Positions 44,910 to 55,274 of a stretch of DNA of 64,000 nt are shown piece by piece. Made by a program: the position numbers and the translations under genes. This stretch comes from an uncultured beta proteobacterium (GTDB lineage Bacteria > Pseudomonadota > Gammaproteobacteria > Burkholderiales > Burkholderiaceae_D), in contig CAVRJS010000002.1 in NCBI GenBank assembly GCA_963722005.1, forward strand, positions 37,190 through 101,189. The letters are read 5' to 3'. A model generated the notes under the pieces. That model searched no databases and was not told where the DNA came from. It worked only from the letters and a program-made list of their open reading frames with translations. Numbering within the stretch: position 1 is the stretch's first letter; each line of letters opens with the position of its first letter.

Positions 44910-46101
44910 CGACGACAGGTTTGCGCTGCAACTGCTGTCGCGCCAGCTGGCCAATCTCGGCTTTTCCAGCATTGTCCAGTGCATGCGCGCCCGCGAGGCG
45001 CTGGCGCTGCTGGAAGGGGATGCCGCTGGCTTTGCCCTGGTGTTTTGCGACTTGCAGATGCCGGAAATGGATGGCGTCGAGTTCGTGCGTCAGCTGGTGC
45101 AGATCGGTTACCGCGGTTGCCTGGCGCTGGTGAGCGGCGAGGACGAGCGGGTTTTGCGCACGGCAGAAAGGCTGGCGCGGGCACATCGACTGGACGTGCT
45201 GGGCGCACTGCACAAGCCGGTTGCGCCGCAATCCCTGCAGGAACTGCTGTCGCGGCAAACTGCCTGCGGAGACAACGCGCCGCGCGCCGCGCGCCGCATG
45301 TATACGCCGCCGCAACTGGCGCTGGCCATCAACCAGGGCCAGCTGCGCAACCACTATCAGCCGAAGGTCAGCCTGGCCAGCGGCGCCCTGGTCGGCGTCG
45401 AAACCCTGGTGCGTTGGCAACACCCGGACGACGGCCTGGTGGAACCGGAAGATTTCATCGGCATCGCCGAAGAATATGGCCTGATCGACGATCTCACGCG
45501 CGTGGTGTTGGCCGCCGCCTTGCGCCAGGGTGGCAGCTGGCATACAGGCGGCCTGCCGCTGCAGGTTGCCGTCAACATCTCCATGGACAATCTCCATGCG
45601 CTCGACCTGCCCGACGTGATCGAGCGCGAGGCGGCGGCGGCCGGCATGCCGCTCACGCACCTGGTGCTGGAAGTGACCGAAAGCCGCCTGATGAAGGATC
45701 CGCTGGCGCCGCTGGATATCCTGACGCGCCTGCGCCTGAAACACATCGGCCTGTCGATCGACGATTTCGGCACCGGCCACTCGTCGCTGGCGCAACTGCG
45801 CGACATTCCCTTCACCGAACTGAAGATCGACCGCGGCTTCGTGCATGGCGCCAGCCGCAGCGCCTATCTGCGGGTGATCCTGGAAGCCAGTCTCGGCATG
45901 GCACGGCAGATGGGCATGAGTACGGTGGCAGAGGGCGTGGAAGAACGGGCCGACTGGGATCTGCTGCGCACCTCGGGATGCGATGTGGCGCAAGGCTACC
46001 TGGTCGGCAAGCCGATGGCAGCGGCGGCATTGCCCGCCTGGATGCGCAAGTGGGAAAGCCGCCGGACGAAATTGGCCGCCGGTGCGGCATCAGCCGGGTG
46101 A
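44890..46101 (+). CDS. response regulator with EAL domain (c-di-GMP phosphodiesterase)
   Basis: About 403 aa from MKILLVDDDRFALQLL… (REC, phospho-acceptor D in FCDLQMPEMDG). EAL domain with YQPKV…, EVTES and DDFGTG motifs. Overlaps the kinase gene by about 20 nt. Confidence 0.85.
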
Positions 46102-46150
46102 CCGGCGTTTATACTTGCCCATACCCGATTGCCAGCCATGTACTGCGCCG

Positions 46151-46471
46151 ATGAAAACCGTTAACCTGTTCGATAACATTCCACAAAAACTGCCGGCAGA
46201 AATCGCCGAAACGCTCGTCACCTCGGGCCCCGTACGCATCGAACGCATCGTCTCCCGCGGCCACTGCTCGCCCCCCGGTTTCTGGTACGACCAGGAACAG
46301 ACCGAATGGGTACTGCTGCTCAAGGGCGAGGCCAGCCTGCGCATCGCCGGACGCGACGAGCCGCTACGGCTCGTTCCCGGCGACTATCTTTGCATTCCGG
46401 CGCGGCTAAAGCACCGCGTCGAATCAACCAGTGCAACCGAAGATACGGTATGGCTGGCCGTTTTCTGCTAG
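46151..46471 (+). CDS. cupin domain protein
   Basis: 106 aa from MKTVNLFDNIPQKLPAEIAETL…. Small-barrel cupin motif (…GDYLCIPARLKHRVE…). Confidence 0.7.
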   Translation: MKTVNLFDNIPQKLPAEIAETLVTSGPVRIERIVSRGHCSPPGFWYDQEQTEWVLLLKGEASLRIAGRDEPLRLVPGDYLCIPARLKHRVESTSATEDTVWLAVFC

Positions 46472-46669
46472 GACGCCAAAAACTTTCCCAAATCCGCGGG
46501 CACATGCGACAATCGCCCATATTGTTTCAGCCAAGCAATTTTCTATGCGACGCGATACCCTGGTCTATTGCAATTGTGCCAACTCGCCCGAGCCTTCCTG
46601 CGCCCTGCCGGGTACTAGCTTCCCACTGCTGCAAATCGCCGGGTCGTCCGGAAACGCGCAGGTGCACGC

Positions 46670-47797
46670 ATGAGCAGCGTCGTCCGCCCCCGCAAAAGCC
46701 GCTGGCGCCGGCTGGCGCTGGTCACCCTGATCCTGGTGCTGGTGCTGTCGATTGCCGCCATCGTCGGTTTGCGCTATGCCGCTGGGCTGCTGAAGGAACA
46801 GATCGAAACTGCGCTGGGGGAAAACAGTGAAGTCGCCGCCATCGAGATCGGCTGGTCTGGCATCGAAATACAGGGCTTGCGCATCCGCGCGCCGCGCGAC
46901 TGGCCGGCAAAGGAAACCCTGCATGCGGAACGGATTACCGTCGTGCCGGATCTGCGCGGCCTGCTGTCGGATCGCTCGCGCATCCGCATCCAGCGGATTA
47001 CGGTCGACAATCCCTACCTGTCGGTGCTGCGCTCCAGCAATGGCAAGCTTCGTTTGCTGCCCAGCCTGCTGGAAGCGCCCCGCAGCAAGGAGGGCAAGGA
47101 CGCTTCCATGCCCGTCGAAGTCATTCTCGGCAAGGTGGAGTTGCGCGGCGGGCGCATGGAGTTTTTCGATGCCAGCATCCGCAGGCCGGCACACCGCATT
47201 GCCCTGGAAGAGTTGCATATCGAAGTAGAAAATCTGCAAGTCCCCAGCCTGTCCGGCCGCACTGCGCTGTCGATCGCCGGCACCATCAAGGGCGTGCGGC
47301 GCGACGGCAAGCTGGCGAGCGCCGGCTGGATGGAAATCGCCGACAAGAATTCGCGGCTCGACACCCGGCTCTCTGGCATCGACCTGCTGGTGCTGCAACC
47401 TTACCTCATCAAGGCGACGGAAACCGGCGTCAAGCGTGGCACACTCGATCTGCAACTGCAATCGACCCTGAAAAAAAACCAGTTGCACGCGCCCGGCACG
47501 CTGACGCTGAAGGACCTGGAGCTGCGCGAAAAAGGCGGAGCAATGAGTACTTTCATGGGCTTGCCGCGACAGGCAGTGCTGACGGGCCTGAAAGACAACG
47601 ATAACCGCATCACGGTACGCTTCACCCTGGAAGGCAATCTCAACGACCCGCGCTTTTCTCTCAACGAAAGCTTTGCCAAGAGCATAGGTACGGCCACTGC
47701 CGGCTTGCTCGGGATCAGCATCGAAGGCCTGGCGAAGCAGCTCGGCAACGCGCCGCAAGCCATCGGCTCGACGCTGCGCAGCCTGTTCGGCGATTGA
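46670..47797 (+). CDS. DUF748 domain membrane-anchored protein
   Basis: 375 aa. N-terminal signal anchor (LALVTLILVLVLSIAAIVGL). DUF748/AsmA-like repeats. Confidence 0.7.
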   Translation: MSSVVRPRKSRWRRLALVTLILVLVLSIAAIVGLRYAAGLLKEQIETALGENSEVAAIEIGWSGIEIQGLRIRAPRDWPAKETLHAERITVVPDLRGLLSDRSRIRIQRITVDNPYLSVLRSSNGKLRLLPSLLEAPRSKEGKDASMPVEVILGKVELRGGRMEFFDASIRRPAHRIALEELHIEVENLQVPSLSGRTALSIAGTIKGVRRDGKLASAGWMEIADKNSRLDTRLSGIDLLVLQPYLIKATETGVKRGTLDLQLQSTLKKNQLHAPGTLTLKDLELREKGGAMSTFMGLPRQAVLTGLKDNDNRITVRFTLEGNLNDPRFSLNESFAKSIGTATAGLLGISIEGLAKQLGNAPQAIGSTLRSLFGD

Positions 47798-47867
47798 CCA
47801 GCCCCAGGGCGCCGAACTTCCCTGCCTTGCGCGACTCCATATGTTTTAAAGCGCAAGGAGTAGCATC

Positions 47868-48470
47868 ATGGAAAACGATCAGGAACTGGCAGGCTTGCGC
47901 GCGGCAATCCTGGTGACGGATGGCTTTGAACAGTCAGAATTCACCGGCCCGCGCGAAGCATTGCAACAGGCAGGCGTCAGTGTCAGCGTCATTTCCACCC
48001 ACCTGGGCAAGGTGCAGGGCTTTCAGCACACGGACAAGGTCGATGCCTTCGATGTCGACCTCACCTTCGATGACGCCGACGCCGAAGATTTCGACGTCGT
48101 CGTCCTGCCTGGCGGCGTGGTCAATGCCGACCAGTTGCGCATCGTGCCGCAGGCCCAGCAGTTCGTGCGCAGCGCCCATGATGCCGGCAAAACCATCGCC
48201 GTGATCTGCCACGGCGCATGGCTGCTGGTCTCGGCCGGGCTGGTGCAGGGGCGCACGCTGACCAGCTGGCCGACCCTGCAGGACGATATCCGCAATGCCG
48301 GCGGCAAGTGGGTGAACCAGCAAGTGGCTGTGGACGGCAACTGGATCAGCAGCCGGCGTCCCGGCGACATTCCCGCCTTTAACGAAAAATTGCTGGAGAC
48401 TCTCGCTACCCGCCTGCACCGCAGCGTGCGCGGCACGGCGGACGAGCAGCGCCCAGGATTGAGCAGCTGA
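47868..48470 (+). CDS. DJ-1/PfpI family protein (type 1 glutamine amidotransferase-like)
   Basis: 200 aa. Nucleophile-elbow …AVICHGAWLL… cysteine typical of DJ-1/PfpI. Confidence 0.85.
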   Translation: MENDQELAGLRAAILVTDGFEQSEFTGPREALQQAGVSVSVISTHLGKVQGFQHTDKVDAFDVDLTFDDADAEDFDVVVLPGGVVNADQLRIVPQAQQFVRSAHDAGKTIAVICHGAWLLVSAGLVQGRTLTSWPTLQDDIRNAGGKWVNQQVAVDGNWISSRRPGDIPAFNEKLLETLATRLHRSVRGTADEQRPGLSS

Positions 48471-48534
48471 ACCGTGACGTCTGCGTGTGGCACCAAACCG
48501 GTGCGCCCTCATCTCCGGTGCGCCTGGTAAGCGT

Positions 48535-48804
48535 TTAGCGGCGTTCGCCGCCTTCGGGCATGCTTTCCGGCTGCCCGGCGGGCAGCTTTTGCTTGCGCAC
48601 TGTTTCTTCCACGCCACGCGCACCGCGCAGATCAGTATCCACCAGGCCCCGGTCGAGGTCTTTATAGGCTTGCTGCATGTCTTCGCGCGGTCCGCTGCTG
48701 CCGCTGTCGTGAGACTCGTCATGCTCGTGCGGCAGGCGCGGCGCGGCATCGTGCCGGGCAGGGCGCCTGGCGTTGATCTGGCGCTGCTTGATACGGGTAC
48801 GCAT
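48535..48804 (-). CDS. small charged hypothetical protein (weak)
   Basis: 89 aa from MRTRIKQRQINARR…. Highly charged and likely disordered. Internal start of ORF 48535..48924. Confidence 0.3.
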   Translation of the reverse strand: MRTRIKQRQINARRPARHDAAPRLPHEHDESHDSGSSGPREDMQQAYKDLDRGLVDTDLRGARGVEETVRKQKLPAGQPESMPEGGERR

Positions 48805-48979
48805 AAGGATTCCCGGCTGGTCGACAATATCCCTGCTGCATGCAACGACCGTACCAGTGGCGCAAAGCGCCGGCATGCCCTGTACGGCCTCACCCAGGCA
48901 CGCCGGGCGTGGACATCTGCGCAAGTCTTACCGGTTGCCGGGAAAATCCTGCACGGTGCGCATACCCTGGCTGCACATG

Positions 48980-49948
48980 CTACAGGCGCAGCCTGGCGCG
49001 GGCGGCGCGGTATTCGCGCTCGAGCCGGTCGGCCACCTCGCTTGCCGGCGGCGCATCGGCAATCAGGCCGACACCCTGGCCGGCGCCCCAGATATCGCGC
49101 CAGGCCTTGGCCGAACTGTCGCCGCCGGAACCGAAATCCATCTTGGATTTGTCAGCCACGGGCAAATTGTCGGGATCGAGTCCGGCGGCGATAATGGATT
49201 GCTTCAGGTAATTACCGTGCACGCCGGTAAACAGGTTGGTATAGACGATATCGGCAGCGCTGGCGTCAACCAGCGTCTGCCGGTAAGCCTCGCTGACATT
49301 CGCTTCCCGGGTTGCAAGCCAGCGCGAGCCGACATAGGCGAAATCGGCGCCCATGGCCTGCGCCGCCAGGATCGCGTCGCCGGTAGCAATGGCGCCTGAC
49401 AGCGCCAGCGGCCCGTCGAAGATGCGGCGCACCTCGCCCACCAGGGCAAAAGGCGACAACATGCCGGCATGGCCGCCGGCGCCGGCAGCCACCAGAATCA
49501 GGCCATCCACGCCGGCTTCGAGGGCCTTTTCCGCGTGGCGAATGGAAATGACATCGTGCAGGACGATGCCGCCATAGCCATGGATGGCATCGAGCATCTC
49601 GGCAGGCGGCGCGCGCAGGCTGGAAATGATGATCGGCACCTTGTGCCGCACGCAGGTCTCGACATCTTCTGCCAGCCGCGCATTGGACTGGTGCACGATC
49701 TGGTTGACCGCGATCGGGCCGATGACGGCATCGGGATGCGCGGCACGATGCGCGGCCAGTGCCGCCTGCAAGTCGGTCAGCCAGCGATCCAGCAAGGCAG
49801 CCGGTCGCGCATTCAAGGCGGGAAAAGCGCCGACCAGGCCGGCCTTGCATTGCGCCAGCACCAGCTCGGGTCCGCTGGCAATGAACATCGGCGCACAGAT
49901 CACGGGCAAGCGCAGGTCTTGCAATACGGCGGGTATTGCCATCATCAA
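48980..49948 (-). CDS. NAD(P)H-dependent flavin oxidoreductase / nitronate monooxygenase family
   Basis: 322 aa. …PVICAPMFIASGPELVLAQCKAGLVGAFPA… and TIM-barrel FMN-binding motifs. Confidence 0.85.
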   Translation of the reverse strand: MMMAIPAVLQDLRLPVICAPMFIASGPELVLAQCKAGLVGAFPALNARPAALLDRWLTDLQAALAAHRAAHPDAVIGPIAVNQIVHQSNARLAEDVETCVRHKVPIIISSLRAPPAEMLDAIHGYGGIVLHDVISIRHAEKALEAGVDGLILVAAGAGGHAGMLSPFALVGEVRRIFDGPLALSGAIATGDAILAAQAMGADFAYVGSRWLATREANVSEAYRQTLVDASAADIVYTNLFTGVHGNYLKQSIIAAGLDPDNLPVADKSKMDFGSGGDSSAKAWRDIWGAGQGVGLIADAPPASEVADRLEREYRAARARLRL

Positions 49949-49974
49949 ATCCTTTCAAAAGCAACGCCGCTGTT

Positions 49975-50424
49975 TCAGCGGGTATTCTGATAAGCCAGCG
50001 TAATCCGGGCGAATTCGATCAGCAATTCCTGCGTGCCGCCATTGAAGGTCATGAAGGCATTACCGGTGCGAACCACCAGGCGCGGCGGAAAAATCCAGCT
50101 GGCGTAGGGTACGCCCAGCATTTTCACACCGCGCACATCCGCCCAGCCGACCTGGCGCGTATACAGCCAGGTTTGCCGGATACCCTTGTCATCGATGGTG
50201 GTGCGCGCTCGCAAGAACCAGTAATAACTGACTGCCAGCATCAGGGCCGCCGCCAGCAACAGCATCTTGACGCCGAATCCATACTGCAGCAAGGGAAAGC
50301 GCAGCGTCACCGATATGCCATACGCCACCAGCCCCACGGCGACGACCGTCGCCAGGACCTTAAACAAGGGACTGTAGGAAGGTCCTTCTATTGCCCGTTC
50401 AGGCTGGTACCACCGTAAACTCAT
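49975..50424 (-). CDS. membrane protein with PH-like (bPH/YdbS-like) domain
   Basis: 149 aa. Two TM helices, then a beta-rich region (…IDDKGIRQTWLYTRQVGWADVRGVKM…). Confidence 0.55.
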   Translation of the reverse strand: MSLRWYQPERAIEGPSYSPLFKVLATVVAVGLVAYGISVTLRFPLLQYGFGVKMLLLAAALMLAVSYYWFLRARTTIDDKGIRQTWLYTRQVGWADVRGVKMLGVPYASWIFPPRLVVRTGNAFMTFNGGTQELLIEFARITLAYQNTR

Positions 50425-50724
50425 TTACTTTAATTTCCGTCAATACAATTGTTTATCAATACTGCAACATGCCGGCCAAGCTCAGTTTGCGCATCTCGCC
50501 AGCATTATGCCGGCAAATTCCTGTCAGCAAGCCCCTTCGGTCCTGCCTTGCCAGAATTGCCTGTCGCGACACAGCATTTTTACCAGTAGACACTCGCCTG
50601 CCCCAGAGGTAGACTTTTTGTGATGATAAAAATGCAATCACCCAGGTCCGGGACGGATTGCGGAGACAGGGCTTGAAAGTTTCCCGAACAACACTTTCAC
50701 AAGCCTCACCACAAGGAGAAATGC

Positions 50725-52305
50725 ATGACCGACGCGCGGAATTACGATGCGCTGCCGATGGAGTGGATCGGCGATTATTCAGGCAAGAAGGCGATGCTGA
50801 CGCCCAACCTCGAAGCCATTTTCGATCCCCATACGAGTGTGACCTATACTTGCAAGCAGATCGACGACCGCGCTAACCGGCTCGCCACATATCTGGTCGA
50901 CCAGCTGGGCATCCGCAAGGGCGACCGGGTCACCCTGATTTCGCGCAACCGCATGGAATGCATCGACTTGTTCTTTGCCTGTGGCAAGATCGGTGCCATT
51001 CTCGCCCCCATTTCCTACCGCTTGCAAAAGCCGGAAGTGCAGGACCTCATGGCGCGCGAGCAACCCAAGGCGCTGTTCGTCGAGGATGTCTGCGCCGCCC
51101 TGGCCGACGCCGCCGTGCTGCCTTCGCCGGCGCCCGCCGTGATTGTCTTCGGCGATGGCGTCGATGCCTGGGATACGATCCTGGCCACGCCGGCGCGCGA
51201 TGTCCGCGTGCCGCTGGCCCTGAATGATCCCTTCCTGTATATCCATACCGGCGGCACCACGGCCGTGCCCAAGGTTTGTATTATTTCGCACCGGCAAATG
51301 GTCTGGAACGCCTTCGAAGCCCTGCTCATGTCGGCGGGCTCAGGGCGCAGCAAGGAACTTGTGCTGTTCCCGCTGTTCCACATCGGCGGCTGGAACGTCT
51401 TCTTTTGCCTGTTCATGCGCAACAGCCTGGCGATCCCGCTGCGGCAATTCGATGCCGGCCAGATTCTCGACATGATCGACAGCAAGCAGATCACGCGCCT
51501 GGGCGTGGTCGAAGCCATGCTGCAGATGATCACGGCGCACCCGAAATTCGAGCAGACCGATTTCTCGACGATGGAATTGATCACCACCGCCGCCGCGCCG
51601 TGCGCCGCCGAAACACTGCAGCCCTACTGGGACCGTGGCATCCTCACCAACCAGGCTTACGGCATGACCGAGGCCGGCCCGTCCAATTTCGCTTTTCTGC
51701 CGCGCGAACCGGGCATCGAGCATATCCGCGCAAATGCGCGCAAGGTGGGCACGCCCTTCTACTGCTGCGACTACAAGATCGTCGCCGAAGACGATCCTGC
51801 GCGCTGCCTGCCCGCCGGGCAAATCGGCGTGCTGTACCTGCGCAGCTTTCACAACTTCGACGGTTACCTGAATGACCCCGAACGCACCGCCAAGGTGCTG
51901 GATGCGGATGGCTGGATCTGCACCGGCGACCTGGCCGTATGCGACGACGAAGGCCTGGTGTCCGTAGTGGGCCGCGCCGACAACATGTTCATCACCGGCG
52001 GCGAAAACGTTTCGCCGGAAGAGATCGAGACTGCCCTGCGCACGCATCCGGCCGTGGCAGCGGCGATCTGCGCCGGCATCCCCGACAAGAAATGGGGCGA
52101 GGTGCCGGTTTCCATCGTCGTACTCAACCCCGGCCAGCAGGCTTCCGAAGCGGAATTGCGCTCGCACTGCAAGGAATTGCTGGCGGCGTATAAGGTACCC
52201 AGGGTGGTCGCCATCCGTGACGCCATCCCGCTGACCCCGGTCGGCAAGCTCGACCGCAAGGCCCTCAAGACCTACTTCACCAGCCAGGAACCGGTCGCCG
52301 GCTGA
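50725..52305 (+). CDS. AMP-binding acyl-CoA synthetase (fatty-acid--CoA ligase family)
   Basis: 526 aa. AMP-binding motifs YIHTGGTTAVPKVCIISH and …ITGGENVSPEEIE…. Confidence 0.85.
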   Translation: MTDARNYDALPMEWIGDYSGKKAMLTPNLEAIFDPHTSVTYTCKQIDDRANRLATYLVDQLGIRKGDRVTLISRNRMECIDLFFACGKIGAILAPISYRLQKPEVQDLMAREQPKALFVEDVCAALADAAVLPSPAPAVIVFGDGVDAWDTILATPARDVRVPLALNDPFLYIHTGGTTAVPKVCIISHRQMVWNAFEALLMSAGSGRSKELVLFPLFHIGGWNVFFCLFMRNSLAIPLRQFDAGQILDMIDSKQITRLGVVEAMLQMITAHPKFEQTDFSTMELITTAAAPCAAETLQPYWDRGILTNQAYGMTEAGPSNFAFLPREPGIEHIRANARKVGTPFYCCDYKIVAEDDPARCLPAGQIGVLYLRSFHNFDGYLNDPERTAKVLDADGWICTGDLAVCDDEGLVSVVGRADNMFITGGENVSPEEIETALRTHPAVAAAICAGIPDKKWGEVPVSIVVLNPGQQASEAELRSHCKELLAAYKVPRVVAIRDAIPLTPVGKLDRKALKTYFTSQEPVAG

Positions 52306-52318
52306 ACCCTGCCATGCC

Positions 52319-52349
52319 GCCATGGTGCGCATCCCTTGCGCACCATGGC
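52319..52349 (+). terminator. stable hairpin downstream of the acyl-CoA synthetase gene (terminator or RNA element)
   Basis: 13-bp perfect inverted repeat GCCATGGTGCGCA-tccct-TGCGCACCATGGC. No T-run follows. Confidence 0.5.
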
Positions 52350-52532
52350 CCGCCGCGCCCTGCCATTTCGGCATATTCGCGGCGTTTATGCCAATTAAAT
52401 GACCATTTGACGGTCTTTAACGATTACCGCCGTCAACAAACCGGTACAATAAAATTTCGTGCAGACGCCGGCCATCGACCAATAAGAGCCGCGCGCCGCA
52501 CCAAATAATTATCAAAAATACTGGACGAGACT

Positions 52533-54029
52533 TTGGCAATGAAACTGGCGAACTTGAGCATTCGGGTACGGTTGTGCCTCGGATTCGGCATCCTGCTGTC
52601 CTTTCTGGCGACCATGACGATCCTGGCCCTTGCAGGCACCGCAGACAACCGCGGCCTGATCGGCGGCCTCGGGATTCTCATGCTGGCGGCAGGCGTCGGC
52701 TGCGCATGGTGGGTTTGCCGCGGCATCGTCGGCCCGCTGCAGGAAGTCATTGCCATCGGCAAGCGCATGGCCGACGGCGACATCAGCGAACCGTTCGTCG
52801 CCCGCGGCCACGGAGAATTGCTGGAATTGCAGCTGCTGCTGCAGGAACTGGGCGAGCGCATGTTCCTGATCGTCTCCAAGGTGCGCTCCGGCACGACCGC
52901 CGTGGCCACCACCGTGGGCTTCCTCAACGCCGACAATACCGCGCTGTCCGGACGCACCGAGGCGCAGGCCAGCTCGCTGGAAGAAACCGCTTCGTCGATG
53001 GAGGAACTCACTTCCACCGTGCGTCAGAACGCCGACAATGCGCGCCAGGCCAATACCCTGGTAGCGTCCGCCGCCGAGTCCGCCGTCAAGGGCGGTGACG
53101 TGGTCGGCAACGTGGTCGTCACGATGGGCTCGATCAAGGATAGCTCGCGCAAGATCGTCGACATCATTTCCGTCATCGACGGCATCGCCTTCCAGACCAA
53201 TATCCTCGCGCTCAATGCTGCCGTCGAAGCCGCGCGCGCCGGCGAACAGGGTCGTGGTTTCGCCGTGGTGGCGGCGGAAGTGCGCACGCTGGCGCAGCGC
53301 TCGGCAGGCGCCGCCAAGGAAATCAAGGCGCTGATCGCCGACTCGGTCGGCAAGGTCGATGCCGGCGGCCAGCTGGTGGACGAGGCCGGGCGCACCATGC
53401 AAGAGATCGTCACCAGCGTCAAGCGCGTGCAGGACATCATGAGCGAAATTGCCGCCGCCAGCAGCGAGCAAAGCAGCGGCATCGAGGAAATCAACAAAGC
53501 CGTCATGCAGATCGACGGCATGACCCAGCAGAACGCGTCGCTGGTGGAACAGGCGGCGCAAACCGCCGCCAGCCTGCAGGACCAGGCGGTCACGCTGTCG
53601 GAAGTGGTATCGATCTTCAATCTCGGCGCGCGCGAATTCGGCACCGCCGAGGAAGCCCAGGCCATGGTGCACCACTGCCTGGAATTCATCCACGCGCACG
53701 GCGTTCAGCGCGCCATGGCCGAAATCAGCAACCCGCAAGGCCAGTTCATCGACCGCGACCTCTATCTCGGCATGTGCGACAAGACCGGCAAAATCATCGC
53801 CAACGGCGGCAATCCGCGCGTCATCGGCGCCGACGGCAGCAAGGTCAAGGATATCGACGGCAAGTTCTTCGTCATGGAAATGAAGAAAATGGCCGACGGC
53901 CCCGGCGACGGCTGGTGCTCCTACAAGTGGATCCACCCGGTGTCGAAGCAGACCATGACCAAGACGGCTTACGTATCGACGGTCGGCATCGACGGCCTGT
54001 TCATTTCCTGCGGATTTTTCTCGGAATAG
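52533..54029 (+). CDS. methyl-accepting chemotaxis protein with minimal periplasmic loop and a C-terminal Cache/PAS-like domain
   Basis: About 498 aa. Two TM segments separated by about 10 residues. HAMP and MCP signalling domain (…[38 protein letters not shown]…). An extra about 130-aa C-terminal domain follows (…[34 protein letters not shown]…[11 protein letters not shown]…). Confidence 0.85.
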   Translation: MAMKLANLSIRVRLCLGFGILLSFLATMTILALAGTADNRGLIGGLGILMLAAGVGCAWWVCRGIVGPLQEVIAIGKRMADGDISEPFVARGHGELLELQLLLQELGERMFLIVSKVRSGTTAVATTVGFLNADNTALSGRTEAQASSLEETASSMEELTSTVRQNADNARQANTLVASAAESAVKGGDVVGNVVVTMGSIKDSSRKIVDIISVIDGIAFQTNILALNAAVEAARAGEQGRGFAVVAAEVRTLAQRSAGAAKEIKALIADSVGKVDAGGQLVDEAGRTMQEIVTSVKRVQDIMSEIAAASSEQSSGIEEINKAVMQIDGMTQQNASLVEQAAQTAASLQDQAVTLSEVVSIFNLGAREFGTAEEAQAMVHHCLEFIHAHGVQRAMAEISNPQGQFIDRDLYLGMCDKTGKIIANGGNPRVIGADGSKVKDIDGKFFVMEMKKMADGPGDGWCSYKWIHPVSKQTMTKTAYVSTVGIDGLFISCGFFSE

Positions 54030-54065
54030 CGCCAACCAGGAGAGCGCCTGCGGCATTGCGCCAAT

Positions 54066-54878
54066 TTACGCGCTGGCGATAAAGGCTTCCAGGCGGGCAT
54101 TGAATTCGGCTGCCTTTTCCTCGAACAGGATATGCCCGGCCTGCTCGAACAGGGCCAGTTCGGCATGCGCGCCGATCCCCTTGACCAGGGTATGCGCATT
54201 CTGCAGCGGCCAGACCCGGTCATCGATGCCGTGCATGACCAGCACCGGCACCCGTATCTGTTTCAGCCATTTGTAATAGGGACGCGTATCCTGCACGGCC
54301 TTGAGCTGCGCCTGCGCCGCATGCTCGGGCTGGGCGCCGATGCGGGCGTACAGCTTTTGCGCCTGCTCGTACACTTCCGGATGCGCCTGCAGATACTGCG
54401 GGTGGTAATACACGCCGTACAGCGTTTCCAGGCGCTGGCGCGGCGTCGCACCGGGCGAGAGCAGCTTTTGCAGCACCGCCATCGGCGGCAGGGTGATGTG
54501 CGGATCGCCGCCGGACACCCCGGTGGATGCCAGCACCAGCTGCGCCACCCGCTCGGGGTGATGGTGGATGAAGCACTGCACCAGCACGCCGCCCATGGAC
54601 GTGCCCACCAGGCGCACCGGTTCGTCGATGCCGAGCGCATCGAGCAGCCCGGCCAGGTCGGCTGCCATGTCGTCCATGCTGTAGGGGCCGGGCGGCTTGC
54701 TGCTGCGGCCGGCGCCGCGGTTATCCAGCGAAATGACGCGATAGCTGCGCGCGAAATAATCGATTTGCCGGCGCCACGACTCGACCGTGCCGCCCATGCC
54801 GGGCACCAGCACCAGCGGCGCGCCGGCGCCGGCCTCTTCGTAATACAGGTCGATTTCGTTGATGTGGAGAACTGGCAT
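54066..54878 (-). CDS. alpha/beta hydrolase fold protein
   Basis: About 270 aa from MPVLHINEIDLYYEEAGAGAPLVLVPGMGG…. GTSMGG nucleophile elbow. The ORF-track 381-aa call is extended through an unrelated upstream frame. Confidence 0.8.
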   Translation of the reverse strand: MPVLHINEIDLYYEEAGAGAPLVLVPGMGGTVESWRRQIDYFARSYRVISLDNRGAGRSSKPPGPYSMDDMAADLAGLLDALGIDEPVRLVGTSMGGVLVQCFIHHHPERVAQLVLASTGVSGGDPHITLPPMAVLQKLLSPGATPRQRLETLYGVYYHPQYLQAHPEVYEQAQKLYARIGAQPEHAAQAQLKAVQDTRPYYKWLKQIRVPVLVMHGIDDRVWPLQNAHTLVKGIGAHAELALFEQAGHILFEEKAAEFNARLEAFIASA

Positions 54879-54889
54879 GCGAACTCGTC

Positions 54890-55211
54890 TCAGTGGCTGC
54901 GCTGCTGCACCAGGATCCATGGCTTGACTACCACGGTCCAGAGGGCGGCATCGGCTTCCAGCCACGCTTGCGCCTGCGCATCGGATACCCCGCCGAGCTG
55001 GCCGGCCGCCATCCAGTGCGCGACGGCTTCCTTGTTGTCGCGGGCAATTTGCACGGCCACGTCCACCAGGTCCAGGGACATCGTCCACCGCGATCACCGT
55101 GCCCGCGGCGAAAAACCGCTGCAATTCTTTCCAGGCAAAGCGCGCGGTTTCGCCGTTGAGGGTGGCGCGCAAGGCGGCGTCCCGGTCATGCGGGGCAAGG
55201 GAATCAGTCAT
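54890..55211 (-). pseudogene. DUF2288 family gene interrupted by a single-nucleotide frameshift near 55079
   Basis: N-terminal 44 codons (MTDSLAPHDRDAALRATLNGETARFAWKELQRFFAAGTVIAVDD) are in one frame, from 55211. The C-terminal 63 codons (SLDLVDVAVQIARDNKEAVAHWMAAGQLGG…KPWILVQQRSH) are in another frame (54890..55081). Joined, they give a DUF2288-like protein of about 107 aa. Confidence 0.5.
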
Positions 55212-55274
55212 ATCGGAAGCATTGCAATAAAAGTTGCCGGTGCGCCTATTCTAGCCGCTTGCGGCCGGACCGCG

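Noticed and set aside
46565-47758. 397-aa minus-strand ORF antisense to the DUF748 gene
   Set aside because: Arg-rich nonsense. The DUF748 gene has a signal anchor and an orderly start.
52512-54056. 514-aa minus-strand ORF antisense to the chemoreceptor gene
   Set aside because: The MCP on the plus strand has unmistakable HAMP and signalling-domain motifs. The antisense frame is a GC artefact.
54066-55211. 381-aa ORF as a single alpha/beta hydrolase
   Set aside because: The N-terminal 110 aa are a low-complexity readthrough of the frameshifted DUF2288 gene. The hydrolase starts at MPVLHINE (54878).
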